Source of the DNA: Candidatus Woesearchaeota archaeon
Lineage (GTDB): Archaea; Nanobdellota; Nanobdellia; Woesearchaeales; 21-14-0-10-32-9
Assembly (NCBI GenBank): GCA_041660865.1
Contig: JBAZVO010000005.1
Location: forward strand, 62,626 to 126,625
Length of the DNA stretch: 64,000 nt
Direction: 5' to 3'
The notes below the pieces were generated by a model. The model was not told where the DNA came from and did no database searches. It saw only the letters and a program-made list of their open reading frames with translations. The position numbers were made by a program, and so were the translations under genes. Positions 46,803 through 56,434 of this stretch are shown in pieces (positions within the stretch are counted from its first letter, which is position 1; every line of letters begins with the position of its first letter).

Positions 46803-48641
46803 ATGGAAATTGAAAACATTAATTCAAATACAAATAGTGGAGATGTGTCTACTATTAATTTAACTATATTTTTAGAAAAACTACTAGAATTTATAAAAAG
46901 CAGAGGGGCTGATAATTCATCTAAAATAGATATTGCTAAACAAAAAGTTGTTCTTTGTAAAGAATTAAAGATTAAACGTATTCCGACGGATATAGAATTG
47001 TTTCTTAATGCAAAAAAAGAAGATGTTGAATTTTTAAAAAAATATATGCAAACAAAACCTATGCGAACAGAATCAGGAGTTGCAGTTGTTGCAGTTATGT
47101 CAGCGCCAGGTAAATGTCCTCATGGAAAATGTATATACTGTCCTGGAGGGATGGGAAGTGTCTTTGGTGATGTTCCACAATCATATACGGGTAATGAGCC
47201 TGCAACAATGAGGGGGCTTAGAAATAATTATGATGCCTATCTTCAGGTTATGAATAGACTTGAACAATATGTTGCAATAGGTCAAAATCCAGAAAAGGTA
47301 GAACTTATAATTCTCGGAGGAACATTTTTAGCATTTGAAAAAGAATATCAAGATAATTTTATTAGAGATATATATCAAGCTATGAATGATTTTTCTAAAG
47401 AATTTTATGCTGAATATGTGCAAGAGTCTAAGTTAAACTTAGACGTATGCGACTTAGATAACAAAGATATCGATTCAAAAACAGATGTTGTTCTTGATAA
47501 AGTTAAAGTATTTAATATTGATAAATTCAAAGAATTTTTTGAATTACCAGGTAATATAAAAAATAAAATTAGAACTGATTCAATAAAGTTAAAACTCATA
47601 TCTTTGAAAAAAAGAAGAGAAGTTACTTTGAAAAAGGCTCAGAAAGAAAATGAATTATCTATGATTAGATGTGTTGGTCTTACAATAGAAACAAAACCTG
47701 ATTGGGGATTTGTCACTCAAGGAAATAGTATGTTAGAGTATGGATGTACTCGAGTAGAACTCGGAATTCAAACATTAAATGATGATACACTTCAAAAAGT
47801 TAATAGAGGCCATTCTCTTAATGATACCAAAAAAAGTGTAAGAGAATTAAAAGATTTAGGATTTAAATTAAATTTTCATATGATGCCAGGGCTTCCAGGT
47901 TCAACAAAAGAAACAGACATAAATGATTTAAAAAATTTATTTGAAGATGAATCTTATGTTCCCGATATGCTTAAAATATATCCTACTATGGTGATGCCTG
48001 GAACTGGACTTGCAGAGTTATATAAACGAAAAGAATATGTTCCTCTTACACTCGAAGGTGCAGTTGATATAATTTCTGATGGCTTAAAGTATGTTCCTAA
48101 ATATTGTAGGGTTATGAGAATTCAAAGAGATATTCCTGCAAAATTTGCAAATATTGCAATAGCACAAAATAATTTAAGACAATTAGTATCTTTAGAAGTT
48201 ATAAGAAAAGGATTTAAAGAAAAAGATATAAAAGCAAGAGAAATAGGAAATAGAGAAATTACTATTCCAGTAGATTTTGAAATAATAAATTATAAATCTA
48301 GTGGTGGAGACGAATATTTTATTAGTCTTGTTGATTCTAAAGATATGCTTTTAGGTTTTATTAGATTGAGATTTCCGTCACAATTATTAAGAATAGAAAT
48401 TACAAAAAATACGGCGTTAATAAGAGAATTACATGTTTACGGTAAATCTCTTGCCTTAAAAGGTGAAAATGGTAAAGTTCAACATAAAGGATATGGTCGT
48501 TTGCTTATGGCGAAGGCCGAAGAAATAGCCAAAAGTCAAGAAAAAGATAAAATTCTAGTTATTTCTGGAATTGGTGTTAGAGAATATTATAAAAAATTAG
48601 GCTATTGCCAAGAAGGACCATATATGGCGAAGAAACTTTGA
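46803..48641 (+). CDS. elp3: Elp3-type radical SAM / GNAT tRNA-modification enzyme
   Basis: CPHGKCIYCPGG radical-SAM cluster motif and a C-terminal GNAT (HKGYGRLLMAKAEEIA). Confidence 0.9.
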   Translation: MEIENINSNTNSGDVSTINLTIFLEKLLEFIKSRGADNSSKIDIAKQKVVLCKELKIKRIPTDIELFLNAKKEDVEFLKKYMQTKPMRTESGVAVVAVMSAPGKCPHGKCIYCPGGMGSVFGDVPQSYTGNEPATMRGLRNNYDAYLQVMNRLEQYVAIGQNPEKVELIILGGTFLAFEKEYQDNFIRDIYQAMNDFSKEFYAEYVQESKLNLDVCDLDNKDIDSKTDVVLDKVKVFNIDKFKEFFELPGNIKNKIRTDSIKLKLISLKKRREVTLKKAQKENELSMIRCVGLTIETKPDWGFVTQGNSMLEYGCTRVELGIQTLNDDTLQKVNRGHSLNDTKKSVRELKDLGFKLNFHMMPGLPGSTKETDINDLKNLFEDESYVPDMLKIYPTMVMPGTGLAELYKRKEYVPLTLEGAVDIISDGLKYVPKYCRVMRIQRDIPAKFANIAIAQNNLRQLVSLEVIRKGFKEKDIKAREIGNREITIPVDFEIINYKSSGGDEYFISLVDSKDMLLGFIRLRFPSQLLRIEITKNTALIRELHVYGKSLALKGENGKVQHKGYGRLLMAKAEEIAKSQEKDKILVISGIGVREYYKKLGYCQEGPYMAKKL

Positions 48642-48756
48642 ATAGTCTTTAGTTTGGTTGCTTAAACGAAAGGTTTATATATCTATATCTTAATCGGTAT
48701 ACATCAAGCTTAGATATTAAGTTAGAGGATAAAACGAGATTTAGGAGGAATTAACA

Positions 48757-49188
48757 ATGGCAGGATTCTTTTCGATGAAGAAGTTCACGAAGAAAGAGTA
48801 TGACGCGGATGATGGCCTCGAAGCAGAGGATGAATATGTCGAATTGAACACTGATAGTTCAAGAGGAGGCGCTTCAAGAGTTATTGTGCGACCTTTTGTA
48901 CTTGAAGACTTTGCAGACATAAAAGGCGTTCTTGAGGCATTAAGAGAAGGTAATACTATTTGTCTAGTTAACATAAGACCTCTTAAAGAAAAAGATATGG
49001 TTGAATTAAAAAGAGCAATAAATAAGCTGAAAAAGACCATAGAGGCAATTAGTGGAGACATTGCAGGATTTGGCGAAGAATACATAGTTGTAGTTCCTAG
49101 TTTTGCAGAAATATACAAAGCATCTGAAACATTGAAAGAATCAAAGGGTAACTCCTCGATGAAATCAACTGTTGAAGACGACGAATAA
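48757..49188 (+). CDS. sepF: SepF-like cell division protein
   Basis: DUF552-like core (VRPFVLEDFADIKGVLEALREGNTICLVNIRPL...GDIAGFGEEYIVVVP). Confidence 0.75.
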   Translation: MAGFFSMKKFTKKEYDADDGLEAEDEYVELNTDSSRGGASRVIVRPFVLEDFADIKGVLEALREGNTICLVNIRPLKEKDMVELKRAINKLKKTIEAISGDIAGFGEEYIVVVPSFAEIYKASETLKESKGNSSMKSTVEDDE

Positions 49189-49538
49189 GTATTTGCGCAT
49201 ATTTTTTTCTTTTATATTTTTCTAGTTATTTTTAATGAGTACAAGATAAATTTAGATTATATTTGTTAACTAAGTATTTGTTAATTGAAAAGTTCAGTTT
49301 TTTTTGGGGCATTATTTTTTGAGTATCGGTCTAATTCTCGTATTAGCTTATCGATTTGTTTCTTAAATTTAGTTTTTTGGCTTGTTTTTCGTCTTTTTTG
49401 TTATTGTTGTTATAATTTATTTCTTAAATTGGGTTATTGATTCGTGTTTGGTGTTATATGTTCAAAGTTATTATCAAAACAAAATGAGTTTTCGTGCATA
49501 ACAAAGTTTTTAAATTACATTAATAAAAAACATTTATT

Positions 49539-50129
49539 ATGACTGATAAAAAAGAATCCAAACAAGCGTTAAAGACTGAAATAAAAAAGGAAGTTAAAAA
49601 AGAGGATGATTTCAACATAGACATTCTCGAAGGAGAACCTTGTCCATTTTGTCATAAAAATACATTAACTCTAAGACAAGCAGAAAGAGAAGTTCCTTAT
49701 TTTGGGAATTTGTTAATTTACTCAATGGATTGTGAGAATAGTGAATGTAATTATCATAAAGCAGACGTTGAAGCAGATGAGCAAAAAAGTCCTGTTAAAT
49801 TATCTTTTGAAATTTCTTCAGAAGAAGATCTTAAAGTTAGAGTAATAAAATCATCTAATGCAACAGTTAAGATTGCACACATAGGTAGCATTGAACCTGG
49901 TGAGGCAAGTAATGGATACATTACAAATATCGAAGGCGTATTAAATAGAATAAAAAAACAAATAGAACTTTTAAGAGATACTGCTGATGAAGAATCAGAT
50001 AAAAAGAAAGCTAAAAATATGCTTAAAAAATTAATGAGAGTTATGATGGGACAAGAAAAATTAGTAATTACGCTCGTAGATCCATCGGGAAATTCTGCAA
50101 TTATTAGCGATAGAACAATTAAGAAATGA
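49539..50129 (+). CDS. ZPR1-type zinc-finger protein
   Basis: CPFC...EVPYFGNLLIYSMDCENSEC pattern. Confidence 0.7.
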   Translation: MTDKKESKQALKTEIKKEVKKEDDFNIDILEGEPCPFCHKNTLTLRQAEREVPYFGNLLIYSMDCENSECNYHKADVEADEQKSPVKLSFEISSEEDLKVRVIKSSNATVKIAHIGSIEPGEASNGYITNIEGVLNRIKKQIELLRDTADEESDKKKAKNMLKKLMRVMMGQEKLVITLVDPSGNSAIISDRTIKK

Positions 50130-50566
50130 AAACAAATATATTTTTTTTAGTTCATGAAATGCAGGGAAAAATATCTGGAGTAGATTTTGTTCGAAGAAAA
50201 AGAAAGAAGTCTAATAAATTATCTTCTCTTGAATTGCGATGTATGCAGCAAATAAATGAATATTTTAGTTGCTCAAGAAAAAAGTTTTCTGTGCCTATAT
50301 TATTTAAAGGGACTATTTTTCAAGAGAAGGTTTGGCGAGAAATACAAAAAATTCCATATGGAGAAATTATTTCATACAAAGAGCTTTCACAAAAAATAGG
50401 TGCTCCAAAAGCATACCGTGCAGTTGCAAATGCCTGCAAAAAAAATCCTCTACCGATAATAATTCCTTGTCATAGAGTTGTTGCAAGTAACGGTCTTGGA
50501 GGATACTTTGCAGGAATAGAAATAAAAAAGAAATTATTAACGATAGAATCTTCTAAAAAAAATTAA
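50126..50566 (+). CDS. ogt: Methylated-DNA-protein-cysteine methyltransferase
   Basis: IPCHRVV active site and the IPYGEIISYKELS helix. Confidence 0.85.
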   Translation: MKTNIFFLVHEMQGKISGVDFVRRKRKKSNKLSSLELRCMQQINEYFSCSRKKFSVPILFKGTIFQEKVWREIQKIPYGEIISYKELSQKIGAPKAYRAVANACKKNPLPIIIPCHRVVASNGLGGYFAGIEIKKKLLTIESSKKN

Positions 50567-50586
50567 TTAAATTTTATTTGATATTT

Positions 50587-50931
50587 TTAAAGTAATTTAA
50601 GATGGCCAGTAACTCTATTTATTTTTTCTTCAGTATCAGGGCCGATGCCTAAAACAGTTGTTGTACCAGGGGCAAGACATGTTCGTCCAGCGTCATTAAT
50701 CCAACCGACTTTTAACCCTTCGTTTTTTGCATTAATTAAAAGTTGTTCTAATTCTTTTAACGATTCAACTTTAACAACTGATTTTTTCATGCCTTGCTTT
50801 TTCCAAGCTTGAACGAGTTTAACGTCAGAATTAAGAACTGCTTCAACACTGCCATGAGCAACTTGAGCTGCAAGTTTACCTTTAGGCATTTTAAGATCAT
50901 TTCTAACAACTATTACTTGTTTTAATTCCAT
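50587..50931 (-). CDS. pth2: Peptidyl-tRNA hydrolase, archaeal Pth2 type
   Basis: GKLAAQVAHGSV...DAGRTCLAPGTTTVLGIGP. Confidence 0.85.
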   Translation of the reverse strand: MELKQVIVVRNDLKMPKGKLAAQVAHGSVEAVLNSDVKLVQAWKKQGMKKSVVKVESLKELEQLLINAKNEGLKVGWINDAGRTCLAPGTTTVLGIGPDTEEKINRVTGHLKLL

Positions 50932-50977
50932 ATTTGTATAAATATAGTGTCTTCTTTTTTAATTTTCTCTTTTCTTA

Positions 50978-51106
50978 GGCTTTATAGAAAAAGTCTGCGC
51001 CTGTCTGCCAGTAATTAGACTAAAACATCAAAAATAACCAGACTCGGTTTTAAAATTAGGTAATATATCGATAACTGGCGCAGGCTAAAAAAGACTTTCT
51101 ACAAAA
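50978..51106 (-). mobile_element. MITE-like element, copy 2, inverted relative to copy 1
   Basis: Its reverse complement aligns to 39300-39427 along the full length (TTGTAGAAAGTCTTTTT..GCGCCAGTTATCGATA..GAGTCT..ACTGGCA..GACTTTTT.TATA.AGCC). Confidence 0.7.
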
Positions 51107-51276
51107 CCTTTTTTTAATTGAATTATATGATTAAATTAAAAAATTAATTCTAAAGTTAAATTAATTAAAAAATAAAAAATGAATTAAATTTGGATAAAAA
51201 TTAAAATTTAATAATTGGAGTTGATTAAATAAATAATTATAAATCAAGATAAATAACTATTAAAATTAGAAAAAAA

Positions 51277-51612
51277 TTATTTTTTCTCTGATTCTTTTTT
51301 TTCAATAACAATTTTATTTGAATGCATCAATAAATAATGTTGATAGATAAAAACATAAAGTATAAATGCTATAAATATTGTCTTGAAAAAATCTCTTAAC
51401 TCAGGTATGATTGTTTGATTGTCAAGAATAGCTCCACTTAGCTCAAAAACAAAAAAAGATATGACTGCAACAAAAAGAAAAATCCAAGGAGTTCTATTTT
51501 TATGAGGTTTAGATTTCTTAAAAAAAATGTATGCAAATATCATTATAAAAAAAGAAATGAATACATTGGCCCATTGAAGTAAATGAGCAAGATAGGATGA
51601 ATCTGGTATCAT
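51277..51612 (-). CDS. Small membrane protein
   Basis: Three hydrophobic segments. Confidence 0.4.
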   Translation of the reverse strand: MIPDSSYLAHLLQWANVFISFFIMIFAYIFFKKSKPHKNRTPWIFLFVAVISFFVFELSGAILDNQTIIPELRDFFKTIFIAFILYVFIYQHYLLMHSNKIVIEKKESEKK

Positions 51613-51769
51613 AAGTGTAATTTAAGAAGTCTGTTTTAAATAGTTTTCTTTAATTTGGAATTTGGGTGTCTTTTTTTTCTATTTTTAAGTAAAATTAAAA
51701 TATTTAACAGTTAAATGGCCTATAATTATAAAAAATTATATAAATGAATCACAAGTCTTTTATTTTAGT

Positions 51770-51880
51770 GCCTCCGTGGCTTAGCGGTATAGCGCGACAT
51801 TGGTATTTTTGCTGCAAGCAAAAGCTTGGAATGCAATGACAAAGATGTCGAGGTCGTGAGTTCAAATCTCACCGGAGGCT
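51770..51880 (+). tRNA. tRNA-Thr (anticodon GGT) with a 39-nt intron (51806-51844)
   Basis: Acceptor GCCTCCG/CGGAGGC, anticodon stem CGACA/TGTCG, loop TTGGTA..A, T arm GTGAG-TTCAAAT-CTCAC. Confidence 0.75.
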
Positions 51881-51946
51881 TATTTTCTTCATTTTTATTC
51901 TAATAAAATAACCTTTATATACTGATTGTTTGTTCTTTAGTTTTAT

Positions 51947-52061
51947 GAGGAGGTAGCAAAGCCTGGTCAAATGCGCAGGACTTAAGTTGCCCGATAAAGA
52001 ATGTCGGTTTGAGACATCCTGTCCCTTAGTGGGTTCAAGGGTTCGAATCCCTTCCTCCTCA
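51947..52061 (+). tRNA. tRNA-Leu (anticodon TAA) with a 29-nt intron (51987-52015)
   Basis: Acceptor GAGGAGG/CCTCCTC, anticodon stem CAGGA/TCCTG, loop CTTAAG..A, a long variable arm (CCC-TTAGT-GGG), T arm AAGGG-TTCGAAT-CCCTT. Confidence 0.8.
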
Positions 52062-52217
52062 GATTAATTGTGAGAAAGGTTTGATGTAATATTCACTTAT
52101 TGCATTTTCCTTTCTCATTTTTTTCTTTTTATGATTGGCTATTCTTGCCAAATATTCTAATAACTCAATAGAAATGTTTAAAAAAGAATTCGAATTTACT
52201 ATTATTTGTGAATAATA

Positions 52218-52673
52218 ATGGATACTCTTGTAAGTGATGACAAAAAAAATAACGATAATTATTTGTTCTTTTTAGCACGAAAAAATGATTTAAATTATTT
52301 GAACAATATGATTAAAGTATATATTAACAAAATAAATAGAAGTACTGATTCAAATATAATTTATTTATCAGGGGTTTGTTCTCAAGGTAAGAAATATAGA
52401 GGTGAACAAAGTCAAATAGATGAATTAGTTTTACAAAAAATGATTGAATTGACGGCAAATAATGATAAATATATGGTTTTGCTTTGGTCTCACTATCAGC
52501 ATGAACACGAAGAAATTGCATCTAAATTAAAAAAAATTAATGTAAATGCTACGCTTGTTGCAGGTGCATCAGAAGTTGATAGTTATAAATTATTATCAAA
52601 AGGCTTTAATGAAGTAGTAGAACATTTGGATTATATGACAATAGATAAAATAGTTAAAAAATATTTAAATTAA
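52218..52673 (+). CDS. Hypothetical protein
   Basis: An ORF of 151 aa with no recognised motif. Confidence 0.4.
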   Translation: MDTLVSDDKKNNDNYLFFLARKNDLNYLNNMIKVYINKINRSTDSNIIYLSGVCSQGKKYRGEQSQIDELVLQKMIELTANNDKYMVLLWSHYQHEHEEIASKLKKINVNATLVAGASEVDSYKLLSKGFNEVVEHLDYMTIDKIVKKYLN

Positions 52674-52690
52674 TTTTTTTAGAATATAGT

Positions 52691-53143
52691 TCAATTTATT
52701 TTTACTTTATCTCCTATTTTTATGTTATATTTTTCTACATTGCCGAAATTAATTTCAAGAACATATTTAGCCGTCGAATTTGGGTATATAGGAATACAAA
52801 TACTATCGTTGCAAGGAAGTGCATTTGTGTATATAAAAACTACTTCTTGACGTTCATTAACCCAAATTATGTCTAGAGGAATATATGTATTTTTCATCCA
52901 AAATGGATAAATCTTTTCAACTTCAAATAAAAATAGCATTCCAGAATCATCGTTTAAATGTGTACGATACATAAGACCTTTTGAAAGATCTTCTTTAGTT
53001 GAAACTTTTTCAACTTTAAAACATTTAGACGAGAAACAAACAGTGTTGTTCATGTAATTTAACATTAGTATTGTAAAAATAAAAAGTAAGATTAGTATTA
53101 AAATTAAAATTTTTGTTTTAATTGAAATTTTGTGTTTTTTCAT
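52691..53143 (-). CDS. DUF192-family protein with an N-terminal membrane anchor
   Basis: GLMYRTHLNDDSGMLFLF...FWMKNTYIPLDIIWV. Confidence 0.7.
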   Translation of the reverse strand: MKKHKISIKTKILILILILLFIFTILMLNYMNNTVCFSSKCFKVEKVSTKEDLSKGLMYRTHLNDDSGMLFLFEVEKIYPFWMKNTYIPLDIIWVNERQEVVFIYTNALPCNDSICIPIYPNSTAKYVLEINFGNVEKYNIKIGDKVKIN

Positions 53144-53239
53144 GAGTATTCATATAGATGAGCTTTTGGAGTTATATTTTTTTTGTAAAAATTCGAAACT
53201 TTTAAAAGAGGATTGAGTATCCTTATAAAAACAGCGTGT

Positions 53240-53311
53240 GCGAGAGTAGTATAGTGGTTAGTATTTGGCCTTGCCAAGGCTGAGACACGGGTTCGAATCC
53301 CGTCTCTCGCA
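53240..53311 (+). tRNA. tRNA-Gly (anticodon GCC)
   Basis: Acceptor GCGAGAG/CTCTCGC, anticodon loop TTGCCAA, T arm CACGG-GTTCGAATC-CCGTC. Confidence 0.85.
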
Positions 53312-53337
53312 TGCGAAACACGTGCTAAGAGGGTGTT

Positions 53338-53443
53338 GAGCCCGTAGCTTAGCCTGGTGGAGCGCCGGTCTTATATGACTTCGTTTCATTGCAGACGGCT
53401 CGAAGAGAGCCGGTGGTCGGGAGTTCAAATCTCCCCGGGCTCA
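53338..53443 (+). tRNA. tRNA-Ile (apparent anticodon TAT) with a 32-nt intron (53376-53407)
   Basis: Acceptor GAGCCCG/CGGGCTC, anticodon stem CCGGT/GCCGG, loop CTTATA..A, T arm GGGAG-TTCAAAT-CTCCC. The anticodon call assumes the canonical 37/38 intron position. Confidence 0.6.
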
Positions 53444-53539
53444 TGAAACTATGAGGCTGGGGGCTGAGAGCAAAAGCGACTCTGTCCCCGGGCTCACCTT
53501 CATCAATAATTAATATTCATTGGACTGTAAGATCAGGTT

Positions 53540-53614
53540 GCTCCTGTGGTGTAGTCCGGCCAATCATTTCGCCCTTTCGAGGCGAAGACTCGGGTTCGAA
53601 TCCCGGCGGGAGCA
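53540..53614 (+). tRNA. tRNA-Glu (anticodon TTC)
   Basis: Acceptor GCTCCTG/CGGGAGC, anticodon arm TCGCC-CTTTCGA-GGCGA, T arm TCGGG-TTCGAAT-CCCGG. Confidence 0.88.
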
Positions 53615-53661
53615 CTTCTTTTTTTATTAAGAATTAGGGCATTTTCTTTAGAAATACATTA

Positions 53662-54300
53662 TTATTTTGTGAAAACTATTTTCGAATAATAATCAATTAG
53701 CTTTTGACCTAAATCAGTAATGCTCGCAGATTGTCTGTGTTTGTATTCATTAAATTCGGCAACGCATGTTTTCCACATGTCTTCTCCAAATTTAATTCCT
53801 TGTTCAACTAATTCAGGATTTTCTAAATCTTCTGGTTGCCATTTTCTGTGAATTAAACTAAGAGCGTAGTCCTTGTTAGTCCAATTATCTCTATAAATTA
53901 GATTTGTATAATCCAAACCAAAAAGATTAACTTTTTTGTTTAATTTTTCTCCAAGGATATTCCAATCTGCTTGTTTAGGGATGAAAATACCTTCTGATTC
54001 AAGTGTATTTATTGGAGCAACAAAAAATCCATATTTCTTGATGGCAAATTCTAAACCTATATCTTTTCCGTCTGTTAAAAAACCTAAATTATATTTTTGT
54101 ATAAATTCTCCTTTTGAAAGTTTTCCCGCAGAAACATCTTCGGCCTTCTGCATTAAATAATTATGTGTTATTGCTTCTACGCCATACAAAAGTAATCCAT
54201 GATTAAAACCGTGGTTGACATCTGTGCCAAACTTCAAATTTTCCAGAGTTAAGGAGTTCAAAGTATTTTTTAACATTATGTCTAAATCAGGCAAGTTCAT
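53662..54300 (-). CDS. Hypothetical protein (cassette gene)
   Basis: An ORF of 212 aa between tRNA-Glu and repeat B1. Confidence 0.45.
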   Translation of the reverse strand: MNLPDLDIMLKNTLNSLTLENLKFGTDVNHGFNHGLLLYGVEAITHNYLMQKAEDVSAGKLSKGEFIQKYNLGFLTDGKDIGLEFAIKKYGFFVAPINTLESEGIFIPKQADWNILGEKLNKKVNLFGLDYTNLIYRDNWTNKDYALSLIHRKWQPEDLENPELVEQGIKFGEDMWKTCVAEFNEYKHRQSASITDLGQKLIDYYSKIVFTK

Positions 54301-54365
54301 GATGACTTGTAGTTATTTCTAATTTATAAATGTTTTGTTTTTTATCACTTATAAGTAATTATTAT

Positions 54366-54441
54366 TTGTTTCGTTTTTCCTCTCTAACCTGCGAAATGCA
54401 CGGCGGGAGCACTTCTTTTTTTATTAACAAAAAGAGCATTA
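54366..54441 (+). repeat. Cassette-boundary repeat B1, containing an exact 27-nt copy of the tRNA-Glu 3' end plus trailer
   Basis: CGGCGGGAGCACTTCTTTTTTTATTAA at 54401-54427 is identical to 53604-53630. It is preceded by the arm TTCGTTTTTCCTCTCTAACCTGCGAAATGCA. Confidence 0.9.
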
Positions 54442-54507
54442 AGTATTTGTTCTTGTTGAATCAGTTTTCCAATAATTATATAATTATTATAAGTCTTCTA
54501 TTTGTTT

Positions 54508-54873
54508 ATGGAATTACATGCTCTAATATCTGCCTTGAGAAAATCTTGGAATAAAGATACTTGTCATCTTTCTATATCAAATAACTGGTCTAAAGATAAT
54601 AGGGCATATGGTCAATGTGTTGTCACTGCATTAATTGTACAAGATTATTTTGGTGGTGAAATTCTTCATTGCGAGCACACACATCATCACTGGAATAAAA
54701 TATCCTCAGGAGAGGAAATTGACCTTACAAAAGAACAATTCTCACTAGGAACAAAAATATGCATAGATGATAAACCTTCTCGAGAATATTTATTAAATAA
54801 TCCTGGAGCAATCAAATCTAAAACTATGGAAAGATATTTATTATTAAAAATGCGTGTTGACGCAAATTTCTAA
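54508..54873 (+). CDS. Conserved hypothetical protein (possibly YunG-like; cassette gene)
   Basis: GQCVVTALIVQDYFGGEIL...HHWNKI...IDLTKEQF. The family name is from memory only. Confidence 0.45.
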   Translation: MELHALISALRKSWNKDTCHLSISNNWSKDNRAYGQCVVTALIVQDYFGGEILHCEHTHHHWNKISSGEEIDLTKEQFSLGTKICIDDKPSREYLLNNPGAIKSKTMERYLLLKMRVDANF

Positions 54874-55002
54874 TCCATAACTACACTCACCAAAAGGCAG
54901 AAATAAACACTATGCCCAATCTATGCTCTTATGTATACTTGATATGTCTCGCTTCCAGAATCAATACTTTAAATTTTTATGGAATGTTGCTGAAAAATAA
55001 AA

Positions 55003-55050
55003 TTTCGTTTTTCTGTTCTAACTATGAAATGCACGGCGGGAGCGCTTTAT
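55003..55050 (+). repeat. Cassette-boundary repeat B2
   Basis: TTTCGTTTTTCTGTTCTAACTATGAAATGCACGGCGGGAGCGC has the same arm as B1. Core CGGCGGGAGC is at 55034-55043. Confidence 0.85.
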
Positions 55051-55111
55051 AATCTTCAATTTTTGGGATTGATATTTTTTTAAAATCAAGATTTATTTCT
55101 TTCTTTTTACA

Positions 55112-55762
55112 TTATATAATTAATCTCTTCAAAACATCAAATGCTCTAGAAGAATCTTCATCTTTCACAATTAAATTAAGTTCTGTGTAAGTAGAAACTA
55201 TGTCTATTACACTTATATTTTCCCAATTTAATGCTTTTGTAATTACATAAAACAAGCCGATTCCTTCTACGGCAGATTCTGATATATTTACAGAAACTAT
55301 GCTCAGGTCATTTATTTTTTTCTTGATTAATCTTTTTGGAATTATTTTTAATATTTTAGACATATTTTTTTCATTGGTAATTATCATAAGTTCATTAATT
55401 CCTTGAGTAATTGTTAAAAGATCTCCTTTTTTAAAATTCATTATTTTGTATATTTTTCTTATATATTCAGAGATGTTGTCGTCCTTGTAAAGTACGATTT
55501 CGACAACATTTGATTTTAGATTAATTTCAGTATCTTTATTGAACTTTAAATTAATAACTGGTTTTACTTCAAGCCCTTCAGCCATTCTTCTTATTGCAAG
55601 ATTAACTGCTGAGAATTTTACTTTCTTTTTTAATTCCTGTTCTAATTCTGGAATCATCTTTTGAGCTAGTGCAGCATTATTAATTATTCCATCTGACAGC
55701 GATTCCTCTAAAAAAGGCTTCTTTTCTATTATTTTTCTTGTTAAATGGGCTACTGTTGGCAT
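55112..55762 (-). CDS. Hypothetical protein (possibly with an ACT-like C-terminal domain)
   Basis: An ORF of 216 aa. The domain guess is weak. Confidence 0.4.
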   Translation of the reverse strand: MPTVAHLTRKIIEKKPFLEESLSDGIINNAALAQKMIPELEQELKKKVKFSAVNLAIRRMAEGLEVKPVINLKFNKDTEINLKSNVVEIVLYKDDNISEYIRKIYKIMNFKKGDLLTITQGINELMIITNEKNMSKILKIIPKRLIKKKINDLSIVSVNISESAVEGIGLFYVITKALNWENISVIDIVSTYTELNLIVKDEDSSRAFDVLKRLII

Positions 55763-55854
55763 TTTTATCAGTTTCTAAAAAATGTAAATTATTTTACATA
55801 AAGTAAATATATTATATAAAGCTTTCTAATTAGTACAAATAGGAGGTTTACAAA

Positions 55855-56364
55855 ATGGGAATAGAAGAAGAAATAGTAAGAGCGGAACAATGGCATGTCC
55901 AAGATGAACAAAGAGGGAGAGATCTTGAATGGAATAATAGACCAAAAGAAGTTACAAGATTTCACGAACGTCTAATTGAAAATATGAATAGAATAATAAC
56001 TGTTGCTGACGCAGGAAAACTTGATTATGTAACAAATTTAGGTGGATTCAGAATATATTTAGTGGAAAAAGAAAATATTCCTTACTACATGGAAGATTTT
56101 GAGGGACAGTATCATGCATGCGGCGAATACTTTCATTACAGGAGACTTAATGAATCTTTAATTGGAACTACGTTTTATGCTCTGCGATGCAGAGAAGGAT
56201 TGGAAAAAAGTACATCTACGGAAAATGCCGCATCAGCAGTACAACAACTCAGGAGTTTATCAACAATACCTTTCCAGTCTACAGGTGATATTCCTGCAAT
56301 TGTAAGAAAAATTGATGACGTAAGAGAGAATTATTTGGGAATAGAAAAACTACGAATGTATTAA
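55855..56364 (+). CDS. Hypothetical protein
   Basis: An ORF of 169 aa preceded by AGGAGG. Confidence 0.4.
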   Translation: MGIEEEIVRAEQWHVQDEQRGRDLEWNNRPKEVTRFHERLIENMNRIITVADAGKLDYVTNLGGFRIYLVEKENIPYYMEDFEGQYHACGEYFHYRRLNESLIGTTFYALRCREGLEKSTSTENAASAVQQLRSLSTIPFQSTGDIPAIVRKIDDVRENYLGIEKLRMY

Positions 56365-56434
56365 TTTTTTATTTTTAACTAAATAGAAATTATTCAAACA
56401 ATACAAAAAAGTGATTAAATATGAAAAAATTAGA

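Noticed and set aside
54330-54554. A 74-aa ORF spanning repeat B1.
   Set aside because: It reads straight through the tRNA-Glu 3'-end repeat and its T-tract. The downstream ATG at 54508 gives a coherent protein instead.
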